Shown: positions 16,109-23,257, numbered from the stretch's first letter. The stretch: 24,000 nt of DNA from Acetobacteraceae bacterium (GCA_947373495.1 CANBXZ010000012.1:1-24000), one strand, 5' to 3'. The notes: generated by a model from the letters alone, not told the origin. Numbers and translations: made by a program.

Positions 16109-17682
16109 GCAGCCATGATGTCATCGTGCTCGGCGGCGGCTGCGCCGGGCTGAGCACCGCCATCGCCAGCGCCATGCTCGGGCTGGACACGCTGCTGCTG
16201 GAAGCCGCGCCGCAATTGGGTGGTGGCACCGCCAATGCCAGCGGCTTCCTCTGGGTGGGCGCCAACCATCTGCACGCGGCGGCCGGCGGCAACGACACGC
16301 CCGAGGCGGTACGGGACTACCTGCACTACGTCGCCGCCGGCGGTGCCGACCCGGCGCGGCTGCAAGCCTTCGCCACCCAGGCCCCCGAGGCGCTGCGCTT
16401 CTTCATCGCCGCCGGCATTCCGTTCCGGCTCTCGCCCCGCATCGACCATTACGGCATGGCGCCCGGCGCCATGGCTGGCGGCCGCATCCTGGACACGCCG
16501 CCGATCGACGCCAGCGTGCTGGACGCCTGGGCCGACCGCGTGGCGGTGCCGGCCGGCCCGCTGCACCGGCTGGGGGGCTCCGAGGCGGTGAAGCTGGGTG
16601 GTGCCAACAGCCAGGCGGCGTGGGACGCGGCGTTGGTGCTGGCGCGGGAAGCGCCGGGCCGGCGCGGCGCCGGCGCCGGGCTGGTCACCTGGCTGGTGGG
16701 CACCGCGCTGGCGCATGGGGTGCGGCTGCGCGTCGCCACCCCCGCCGCGCGGCTGGTGCAGGAAGCCGGGCGCGTCACCGGCGTGGTGACCGCTGCCGGC
16801 GAGGTGCTGACCGCCCGGCGCGGCGTGGTGCTGGCCAGTGGCGGCTATGAGAGCAACCCTGAACTGGTGGACCGGTTCGAGGCGCTGCCCGGTTGGCAGT
16901 CCATGTTCCCGCCCGGGCTGCGTGGGGATGGGTTGGTGATGGCGCAGGAAATCGGCGCCGCCGTGCATGTCATCGGCAACAACCTGTCGATCTTCCTCGG
17001 CTTCCGCAATCCGGAGGAAGCGCCGGACCTCTGCCGGCTTTCCGGCACCCAGGAACTGGTGGCGCCGCATACCATGGTGGTGAACCGCCAGGGCCGGCGC
17101 TTCGCCGATGAGAGCTTCTTCCAGGCCGTGGCGCCGCACCTGCGCAGCTTCGACCCGGCGCGGGGCGAACGCCCGAACCTGCCGGCCTTCCTGATCTTCG
17201 ACGCGCAGTATGGCGCCGGCCAGTCCTTTGCCGGCCGGCCGCCGGGGGCACCGATTCCGGGCTGGGTGGCGCGGGCGGACACGCTGGAGGCGTTGGCGGT
17301 GCAATGCGGTATCGACCCCGCCGGGCTGGTGGCGACGGCGGCGCGCTTCAGCGCCGATGCCCTGGCCGGGCAGGACCGGGAGCATCATCGCGGCGAGACG
17401 CCCTGGGGGCTTTCCCGCCTGGCGCCCGCCGCCACCCTGGGCAGCATCGCCCAGCCGCCGTTCCATGCGGTGGAACTGCACCCGACGGCGCTGGCTTCCG
17501 CCGGGTTGCTGGCGGATAGTGGCGCGCGGGTGCTGCACGTGCGCGGCCAGCCGATTCCGGGGCTGTATGCCGTGGGCAACGCCGCGGCCCGCACCGAGAC
17601 CGGGGCCGGCTACCAGACCGGCTATTCGCTGGCTTCCGGCATGACCTTTGGCCTGATCGCGGCGCGCGACATGGCGGCCTGA
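16105..17682 (+). CDS. FAD-binding oxidoreductase, fumarate reductase/3-ketosteroid dehydrogenase (FAD_binding_2)-like flavoprotein (525 aa)
   Basis: The start overlaps the preceding stop (ATGA at 16105-16108). Contains HDVIVLGGGCAGLSTAIASAMLGLDTLLLEAAPQLGGGTANASG, VVLASGGYESNPEL and the C-terminal PIPGLYAVGNAAA. Confidence 0.9.
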   Translation: MSSHDVIVLGGGCAGLSTAIASAMLGLDTLLLEAAPQLGGGTANASGFLWVGANHLHAAAGGNDTPEAVRDYLHYVAAGGADPARLQAFATQAPEALRFFIAAGIPFRLSPRIDHYGMAPGAMAGGRILDTPPIDASVLDAWADRVAVPAGPLHRLGGSEAVKLGGANSQAAWDAALVLAREAPGRRGAGAGLVTWLVGTALAHGVRLRVATPAARLVQEAGRVTGVVTAAGEVLTARRGVVLASGGYESNPELVDRFEALPGWQSMFPPGLRGDGLVMAQEIGAAVHVIGNNLSIFLGFRNPEEAPDLCRLSGTQELVAPHTMVVNRQGRRFADESFFQAVAPHLRSFDPARGERPNLPAFLIFDAQYGAGQSFAGRPPGAPIPGWVARADTLEALAVQCGIDPAGLVATAARFSADALAGQDREHHRGETPWGLSRLAPAATLGSIAQPPFHAVELHPTALASAGLLADSGARVLHVRGQPIPGLYAVGNAAARTETGAGYQTGYSLASGMTFGLIAARDMAA

Positions 17683-17708
17683 TCGCGGCACGCGACCTGA
17701 TGGCCTGA
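17651..17708 (+). repeat. 26-bp tandem duplication spanning the stop codon of the flavoprotein gene (2 units plus a 6-bp partial unit)
   Basis: Unit 1 is GCCTGATCGCGGCGCGCGACATGGCG (17651-17676) and unit 2 is GCCTGATCGCGGCACGCGACCTGATG (17677-17702). They share 22/26 identical bases, and GCCTGA follows again at 17703-17708. The gene's TGA lies inside the second GCCTGA. Confidence 0.8.
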
Positions 17709-17851
17709 CACTGGACAGGCCAGGTTCCGCCCTGCGGCCCGCCCGGCGATCGAGGTGCGCGAGGGTTTGGGGCGTGATCGCCTGAGGTGTGCTGACCCAA
17801 GGGCGTGGATCGCGGGACGGGTCAATCGGCCAGGGTCTGCCCGCCGCCGCC

Positions 17852-18862
17852 TCAGCGTTGGCCGCGGCTGGCGGCCTGCGCCAGCGGGCCCCACAGTGCG
17901 CGCTCGGCATGGCCGATGCGTAGGAATTCCTCCGGCGAGGATTGCAGCGGCGCCTCGCCATGCTGGGCCAGGATCGCCACCACCTCCGGCTCGGCCATGG
18001 CCTGGCCGATGGCGCGGTTCAGCGCCGCCACGATCGGCGCCGGGGTGCCGGCCGGCGCCATCACGCCGAACCAGCTGCGCAGCTCAAACCCCGGAAAGCC
18101 GGCTTCCGCCATGGTCGGCACCTGGGGCAGCGAGGGCAGGCGGGTGGCGGTGGGCACCGCCAGGGCGCGGAACTTGCCGGTGGCCACGTGCGGCAGCGCG
18201 GTGGGGGTGGTGGCGAAGCTGTAGTCCAGCCGGCCGGCCAGCAAATCCAGCATGGCCGGGCCGCCGCCGCGATAGGGCACCTCTACGGTGCGGATGCCGG
18301 CCTCCCGGTCCAACAGCAGCGCCGCCAGCCAGGGCGAGGAGCCGACACCGGGATGGCCCCAGCTCAGCCCGCCGGGGGTGGCGCGGGCGGCGGCCACCAT
18401 ATCGGCCACGCTGCGCCAGGGGCGTTCGGCTGGGCAGACCAGCACGGTCAGCACATCCGCCACCAGGGAAACCGGCACCATGTCGTCCCAGGGCTGCGGG
18501 CCGCCATGCAGCAGCGGCGTGATCAGCAAGGCGCCCATGTTGTTGAACACCAGCGTGTGGCCATCCGGCGCCGCCTGGCGCACCGGCTCGGTGGCCAGGG
18601 CGCCGCCGGCCCCACCGCGATTCTCCACGATCACCTGCTGGCCGAGCAGCGGCGCCAGCCGGCTGGCCAGCAGCCGGGCGGTGATGTCCTGTGAGCCACC
18701 ATTGGAAGAACCGACAAACAGCCGCACCGGCCGGTTGGGGAAGGTGGGTTGCGCCAAACCTGGTTGGGCCAAACCTGGTTGGGCCAGGCCGGGTTGTGCC
18801 CGGCTTGGCTGAGTCAGGGCAGGGTAGGCCAGCGCGGCGGCCAGCAGGGTGCGGCGCTTCAT
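17852..18862 (-). CDS. TctC/Bug-family substrate-binding protein (336 aa) with an (AQPGL)x3 repeat after the signal peptide
   Basis: I trimmed the start to the ATG at 18862, with AGGAG about 9 nt upstream. The N-terminus reads MKRRTLLAAALAYPALTQPSRAQPGLAQPGLAQPGLAQPTFPNRPVRLFVGSSNGGSQDITAR. Later motifs are WGHPGVGSSPWLAA, VPYRGGGP and LPQVPTMAEAGFPGF. Confidence 0.92.
   Translation of the reverse strand: MKRRTLLAAALAYPALTQPSRAQPGLAQPGLAQPGLAQPTFPNRPVRLFVGSSNGGSQDITARLLASRLAPLLGQQVIVENRGGAGGALATEPVRQAAPDGHTLVFNNMGALLITPLLHGGPQPWDDMVPVSLVADVLTVLVCPAERPWRSVADMVAAARATPGGLSWGHPGVGSSPWLAALLLDREAGIRTVEVPYRGGGPAMLDLLAGRLDYSFATTPTALPHVATGKFRALAVPTATRLPSLPQVPTMAEAGFPGFELRSWFGVMAPAGTPAPIVAALNRAIGQAMAEPEVVAILAQHGEAPLQSSPEEFLRIGHAERALWGPLAQAASRGQR
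18753..18797 (-). repeat. 15-bp in-frame tandem repeat (3 units, 2 identical) encoding AQPGL repeats
   Basis: GCCAAACCTGGTTGG occurs at 18753-18767 and again identically at 18768-18782. A diverged copy GCCAGGCCGGGTTGT follows at 18783-17897-equivalent positions 18783-18797. Weaker similarity flanks the array. Confidence 0.85.
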
Positions 18863-19022
18863 GGCGTTTGGCTCCTGGTTTGGGCCCACCGGCCTGGCAA
18901 GGCGGTCTCCCGCGGCGTCACGCTGCTGTCGCGCGGCATCGAGCATGCCGGCGCTGGCGCCAGATCCGCGCCCAGGCAGCCGCCCATGGCGCCGGCGCCG
19001 TAGCGGAAGATGCGCATGGCGT

Positions 19023-19991
19023 TCAATCCGCGGTGATGCGGGCGCTGCGCACCAGCGCGCCCCAGCGGTCGATCTCGGCCCGTTGGAAGCTGGCCAGTTC
19101 AGCCGGCGTGCCCACCACCGGGGTGACGCTGAGCTGCGCCAGCTTCTCTCGCAGCCCGGCATCCTGCGCCGCCAGGGCGAAGGCCTGGTGCAGCCGCGCC
19201 ACCTGCGGTGCCGGCAGGCCGCGCGGGGCGAAGATGCCGTACCAGGTGGTGACGCGCACCGCCGGAATGCCGGCTTCCGCCATGGTCGGCACCGCCGGCA
19301 AGGCGTCGCTGCGGCTGTCGCTGGTCACCGCCAGCGCACGCAGCCGGCCGCCGCGGATATGCGGCAGCGAACTGGCGGAATAGTCGAAGGCCATGGTGAC
19401 CTGGCCGCCGATCACGTCGGTCAGCAGCGGGGCGCTGCCACGGTAGGGCGCATGGGCGATGTCCAGCCCCAGCGCGGTGCGGAACAGCTCCCCGGCCAGA
19501 TGCGCCGCGGTGCCATTGCCCGGGGAGGCATAGGCCAACTGGCCCGGCCGCGCCCGGATATGGGTGACCAGCTCCGCCAGCGTCGTCACCGGCAGCGCCG
19601 GGTTCACCACCAGCACGTTGGGCAGCGTGGCCAGCAGGGTGATGGGGGTGAAGTCGGCCACCGCGTCATAGGGCAGGGAGGGGGTCAGCAGGCCGTTCAC
19701 CGCATGGGTGCCGATGGTGCCCAGCAGCAGCGTGTTGCCATCCGCCACGGCCTGCGCCACCGCGGTGCTGCCGACGCTGCCGGCACCCCCGGCGCGGTTT
19801 TCCACCACCACCTGCTGGCCCAGCAGCGGCGCGATGCGTTCGCCGAAGACGCGGGCCAGCACGTCGGTGGAACCGCCGGCGGCGAAGGGCACGATGAAGC
19901 GCAGCGCCCGGGTTTCCTGCGCCGTGGCCAGGCGCGGCAGGGCCATGACCAGGGTTGCGGCCAGCGCGGCGCGCCGGGTGATGTGCTGCAT
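19023..19991 (-). CDS. TctC/Bug-family substrate-binding protein (322 aa)
   Basis: The ATG at 19991 is preceded by GGGAGAG. A signal peptide MQHITRRAALAATLVMALPRLATA is followed by QETRALRFIVPFAAGGSTDVLAR. Later motifs are YASPGNGTAAHLAGE, APYRGSAP and LPAVPTMAEAGIP. Confidence 0.92.
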   Translation of the reverse strand: MQHITRRAALAATLVMALPRLATAQETRALRFIVPFAAGGSTDVLARVFGERIAPLLGQQVVVENRAGGAGSVGSTAVAQAVADGNTLLLGTIGTHAVNGLLTPSLPYDAVADFTPITLLATLPNVLVVNPALPVTTLAELVTHIRARPGQLAYASPGNGTAAHLAGELFRTALGLDIAHAPYRGSAPLLTDVIGGQVTMAFDYSASSLPHIRGGRLRALAVTSDSRSDALPAVPTMAEAGIPAVRVTTWYGIFAPRGLPAPQVARLHQAFALAAQDAGLREKLAQLSVTPVVGTPAELASFQRAEIDRWGALVRSARITAD

Positions 19992-20016
19992 GAACGTCTC
20001 TCCCGGCCGCGGCTGA

Positions 20017-20046
20017 TTGACACGCCACTGACCCCAAACCTACCGT
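20017..20046 (+). promoter_or_regulatory. Weak sigma70-like promoter candidate for the LLM gene (TTGACA-N18-TACCGT)
   Basis: A perfect -35 hexamer TTGACA lies at 20017-20022 in the 74-bp divergent gap, with a poor -10 at 20041-20046. Local GC is lower than the surroundings. This call rests on pattern only. Confidence 0.2.
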
Positions 20047-20065
20047 TTTGCCGACAATAACCGGG

Positions 20066-21184
20066 ATGGATGTCGTGGCAACCGAAGGTGGGGCAACCAA
20101 CAGCGCGTTGCGCTTCGCGTATCAGATCGGCGCGGTGGGCGAGGCGGGGCTGGATGACCGCGCGCTGTACCGTGAGGCCATTGCGGATGCGCGGTTGCTG
20201 CACACCCTGGGCTACGACGCCGCCTGGTTGGTGGAGCATCATTTCAGCGACTACTACCCGCAGCCCAACCCGCTGCTGCTGCTGTCCCACATCGCCGCCG
20301 CCTGCCCCGGGCTGGGGCTGGGCACCGCGGTGATGGTGCTGCCCTGGTACGACCCGGTGCGCTTCGCCGAGGATGTGGCGATGCTGGCCAACCTGACCGA
20401 TGGCGAGTTGCACATCGGCATGGGGCGCGGCACGGCGAAGAGCGAATACGACGCCTTCGGCATCGGCATGGAAACCGCGCGCGACCGCTTCCGCGAAACC
20501 TGGCAGTTCACCCGCCGCGCCATGCAGGGCGACGCCTTCACCTTCGAGGGCAAGTACGCCAGCTTCAAGGAACCGACGCGGATCCGCCCGGCCTTCGGCG
20601 CCCGCAAGCCCCACTTCTACGGCGCCATCGGCAGCGTGGAGAGCGCCGGCATCATGGCCGAGCTGGGCCTGCCGCCGCTGTGCCTTTCCAGCTTCCCCGA
20701 CCATGTGCTGAAGCGGGTGTTGGAAACCTGGCGCAGCCGCAGCGTCGCCACCGGCCACCCCACCGACACCAACCTGCCGATCTCCATCAAGTGCTTCGTG
20801 GCCGACACCGATGCGGAAGCGGAGCAACTGGCGCTGAAGTACCTGCCCGAGTTCTTCGCCCTGCAGGTGAAGCACTACCAGTCCGACAACGCCCCCTGGG
20901 GCAACATCGAGGGCTACCAGCAGTTCAACCGCATGTTCGCCAACCTGCGGCTGTTGAGCGACCCGGCCAACCTGGGCGGCTACCTGACGCAGAACCTGGT
21001 GGGCAGCCCGGAGACGGTGGCGCGGCGGGTGCGGCAGATTGCCGACCTGGGCTTCAACTACCTGCTGGTCAGCAACGCCACCTATGGCGTGCCGCGCGCG
21101 GTGCGGCACCAGACCATCCGGCTGTTCGCCGAGGAGGTGATGCCGCGGGTGCGGGCGGCGGCGCCCGCAGTGGCGGCGGAATAG
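20066..21184 (+). CDS. LLM-class flavin-dependent oxidoreductase (bacterial luciferase-like, 372 aa)
   Basis: Contains GYDAAWLVEHHFSDYYPQPNPLLLLSHIAA, LGLGTAVMVLPWYDPVRFAEDVAML, LHIGMGRG and GSPETVARRVRQIADLGFNYLLV. I chose the ATG at 20066 over the TTG at 20048 given in the track. No clear Shine-Dalgarno is present, so the start is uncertain. Confidence 0.85.
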   Translation: MDVVATEGGATNSALRFAYQIGAVGEAGLDDRALYREAIADARLLHTLGYDAAWLVEHHFSDYYPQPNPLLLLSHIAAACPGLGLGTAVMVLPWYDPVRFAEDVAMLANLTDGELHIGMGRGTAKSEYDAFGIGMETARDRFRETWQFTRRAMQGDAFTFEGKYASFKEPTRIRPAFGARKPHFYGAIGSVESAGIMAELGLPPLCLSSFPDHVLKRVLETWRSRSVATGHPTDTNLPISIKCFVADTDAEAEQLALKYLPEFFALQVKHYQSDNAPWGNIEGYQQFNRMFANLRLLSDPANLGGYLTQNLVGSPETVARRVRQIADLGFNYLLVSNATYGVPRAVRHQTIRLFAEEVMPRVRAAAPAVAAE

Positions 21185-21247
21185 GCAGCGCGGAGCCTAT
21201 TGCCCCGCAACTGTCAACTGGAACCTTGCAGCTTTGGCTTTGCCTGC

Positions 21248-21272
21248 GCCGCCGTTTGCAGTAAACGGCGGC
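21248..21272 (+). promoter_or_regulatory. Perfect 10-bp stem-loop ending 1 nt before the start codon of the next gene
   Basis: GCCGCCGTTT (21248-21257) pairs with AAACGGCGGC (21263-21272) across the loop GCAGT. The ATG is at 21274, and an in-frame TAA at 21262-21264 excludes an upstream start. The hairpin lies 64 nt after the LLM stop, so it could instead be that gene's terminator. Confidence 0.45.
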
Positions 21273-21273
21273 C

Positions 21274-21675
21274 ATGCAATCCACCAAACACGACACCTTC
21301 AACAACCGACTGACGACCGCTGCCAAAGCCAAGCAGGCCCTGCTGGAGCGGTTCCGCGCTCGCCCGGGCCCAGATGACCCCGCCGTGATCGAGCGCCTGG
21401 CGCAGCAGAAGGCCATCGCCGAGGCCCGCGACCAGCGCGCCGCCGAGCGCAAGATCGCCAAGGAAGCCGAAGCCGCCCGTCTGGCCGCCGAAAAGGCCGC
21501 GCACGAAGCCGAACTGGCCGCCCAGGCCCGCGATGCCGCCCAGCGCGCCGTTGAAGCCGCGCAGCGTGCGGTTGAAGCCGAAGCCGAGCACAAGGCCCGC
21601 GCCCTGGCCCTGGCCGCCGAACAGAAGGCGGCGCGCGATGCCCGCTACGCCGCCCGCCAGGCCCGCCGCCGCTGA
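21274..21675 (+). CDS. Small Ala/Glu/Arg-rich predicted coiled-coil protein, resembles the DUF6481 family (133 aa)
   Basis: The N-terminus FNNRLTTAAKAKQALLERFRARPGPDDPAVIERLAQQKAIAEARDQR is followed by a long charged helix. GC3 bias is strong in this frame. I assign the family from memory of alphaproteobacterial DUF6481 proteins and have not verified it. Confidence 0.75.
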   Translation: MQSTKHDTFNNRLTTAAKAKQALLERFRARPGPDDPAVIERLAQQKAIAEARDQRAAERKIAKEAEAARLAAEKAAHEAELAAQARDAAQRAVEAAQRAVEAEAEHKARALALAAEQKAARDARYAARQARRR

Positions 21676-21808
21676 GACAACCGGCCGGGGAGCGTGACGG
21701 TTTCCGCCTGAAACGCCCCCGCGCCTGCCCCTGCCCCTGAGCAACGCCGCAACCCCGGTGGTTGAAGCCTGAGGCCGGGACATCGCACGGCGTCAATCAG
21801 GCGTTCTG

Positions 21809-21838
21809 CCGGAAACCCTCCACCGGGAGTGGTTCCGG
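21809..21838. terminator. Stem-loop downstream of the small minus-strand gene (13-nt arms, 11 paired, 4-nt loop)
   Basis: CCGGAAACCCTCC (21809-21821) and GGAGTGGTTCCGG (21826-21838) flank the loop ACCG. The hairpin lies 17 nt beyond the stop at 21855 and sits between convergent genes. There is no U-tract. Confidence 0.4.
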
Positions 21839-21854
21839 CCGCAACGGCCCGCTG

Positions 21855-22181
21855 TCAGTCCGGGTGCTTGCCGGTCATGCCGGCGAATACCATGCGGTCC
21901 TTGTTTTCCCGCATCAGCATGGAAAAGCTGGGAATTTTCTCAAATCCAAGGCCGGCGGGCACGCCCGTATCCGGGTCCGCCTCCACCTTGGCATAGGGCG
22001 CACCGGCCATCTTTTCCCATTTGCCGGCCGGCTTCTTCACTTCCAGGTTCACCACCGTCGCCAGCATCACCAGGCGCACGATGGCTTCCTTCGGCCGGTT
22101 CGGCTTGGTCAGGCTGGGGGCGCCCGCCAGCATCTGCCAACCATTCGCCAGCGCCCAGGCGGTGATTTCTTCCTTGGTCAT
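21855..22181 (-). CDS. Hypothetical small cytoplasmic protein (108 aa), no family recognised
   Basis: I trimmed the start to the ATG at 22181, which is preceded by GAAGGAAG. The protein begins MTKEEITAWALANGWQMLAG... Third-codon positions are mostly G/C in this frame. Its Lys/Glu/Met-rich composition is unlike the Arg/Gly/Pro-rich shadow ORFs. Confidence 0.7.
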   Translation of the reverse strand: MTKEEITAWALANGWQMLAGAPSLTKPNRPKEAIVRLVMLATVVNLEVKKPAGKWEKMAGAPYAKVEADPDTGVPAGLGFEKIPSFSMLMRENKDRMVFAGMTGKHPD

Positions 22182-22297
22182 GGCGGCTTCCTTCACGGTA
22201 CCCCTTCCCTCTATGGGCCGGTGCCGGCGCTGGCAACCTGCTGCATCGGCCGGCATCCCAGGCTAAGCTCCGGCCAACAAAGCCGAGGAAGCCCCGC

Positions 22298-23257
22298 ATG
22301 CGCCGTCGCAGCCTGCTTGCCGCCGCCGTTTTCGCCCCCGCCGTGGCGCGTGCCCAGGAATGGCCCAGCCGGCCCATCACCATCCTGGTCGGCTTCGCCC
22401 CCGGAGGCGGCACCGACATCATCGCCCGGCTGCTGGCGCCGGCGTTGCAGGCCGAACTGGGCCAGCCGATCGCGGTGGAAAACCGCCCCGGCGCCAGCGG
22501 CACCATCGCCGCCCTGGCCGGCAGCCGCGCCGCACCGGATGGCCACGTGCTGTACATGACCACGGTTTCCGCCAGCGCCGTGGTGCCGCCGCTGATGAAG
22601 CCGCCGCCGTTCGACATTTTCCGCGACCAGGCCCCGGTGGCGCTGGCCGCCACCGTGCCGCTGGTGGCGGTGGTGCCGAAGGACGCCCCGGCCCGCACCA
22701 TCCAGGACGTGTTGCAACGGGCGCGGGACAACCCCGGCAAGCTGAACTACTCCTCCTCCGGCGTGGCCACGCAGCAGCACCTGGCGGCGGAACTGCTGTG
22801 TGCCGAGGCGCGGGTGCAGATGACGCATGTGCCGTTCCGCGGCACCGGCCAGGCGGTGAACGAGATTTTGGCCGGCCGCATCGACCTGGCGCTGGATACG
22901 CTGCCCACCTACCTGCCGCACATCCGCAATGGCGGCGTGCGCGCCCTGGCGGTGACCATGCCGGCGCGGGTGGAATGGCTGCCGGAGGTGCCGACCATCG
23001 CCGAAAGCGGCTTCCCCGGTTTCGATTCCAATGTCTGGTACATGCTGATGGGCCCGGCCGGGCTGCCGGCGCCCATCGCCGCCCGGCTGGCGGCCGCGGT
23101 GGACAAGGCGTTGAAGGACCCGGTGCTGGGCCCGCGGGTGCAGCAGGCCGGCTTCCTGCGGGGTGGTGGCACCCCGGCGGATGCCGCGGCCCTGCTGCGC
23201 CGGGACGCCGAACGCTATGCCGCGCTGATCCGCCAGAACGGCATCACGCTGGAATAG
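22298..23257 (+). CDS. TctC/Bug-family substrate-binding protein (319 aa)
   Basis: The ATG at 22298 is preceded by GAGGAAG. A signal peptide MRRRSLLAAAVFAPAVARA is followed by QEWPSRPITILVGFAPGGGTDIIAR. Later motifs are YSSSGVATQQHLAAE, VPFRGTGQ and LPEVPTIAESGFPGF. Confidence 0.92.
   Translation: MRRRSLLAAAVFAPAVARAQEWPSRPITILVGFAPGGGTDIIARLLAPALQAELGQPIAVENRPGASGTIAALAGSRAAPDGHVLYMTTVSASAVVPPLMKPPPFDIFRDQAPVALAATVPLVAVVPKDAPARTIQDVLQRARDNPGKLNYSSSGVATQQHLAAELLCAEARVQMTHVPFRGTGQAVNEILAGRIDLALDTLPTYLPHIRNGGVRALAVTMPARVEWLPEVPTIAESGFPGFDSNVWYMLMGPAGLPAPIAARLAAAVDKALKDPVLGPRVQQAGFLRGGGTPADAAALLRRDAERYAALIRQNGITLE

Noticed and set aside
15871-17961. A 696-aa minus-strand ORF antisense to the flavoprotein and TctC genes
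   Set aside because: The composition is typical of an antisense high-GC shadow ORF, rich in Arg, Gly, Pro, Ala and His. The plus-strand genes carry clear family motifs and translational coupling.
13920-19162. N-terminal extensions of track ORFs 13920..15149, 14783..16108 and 17852..19162
   Set aside because: The extensions overlap neighbouring genes or intergenic DNA and lack family similarity. Internal ATGs at 14109, 15152 and 18862 have Shine-Dalgarno sequences and give proteins of canonical length with proper N-termini or signal peptides.
21220-21256. An alphaproteobacterial general-stress (EcfG) promoter GGAAC-N16/17-CGTT upstream of the DUF6481-like gene
   Set aside because: GGAAC (21220-21224) and CGTT (21253-21256) are both present but 28 nt apart, which is far from the required spacing.
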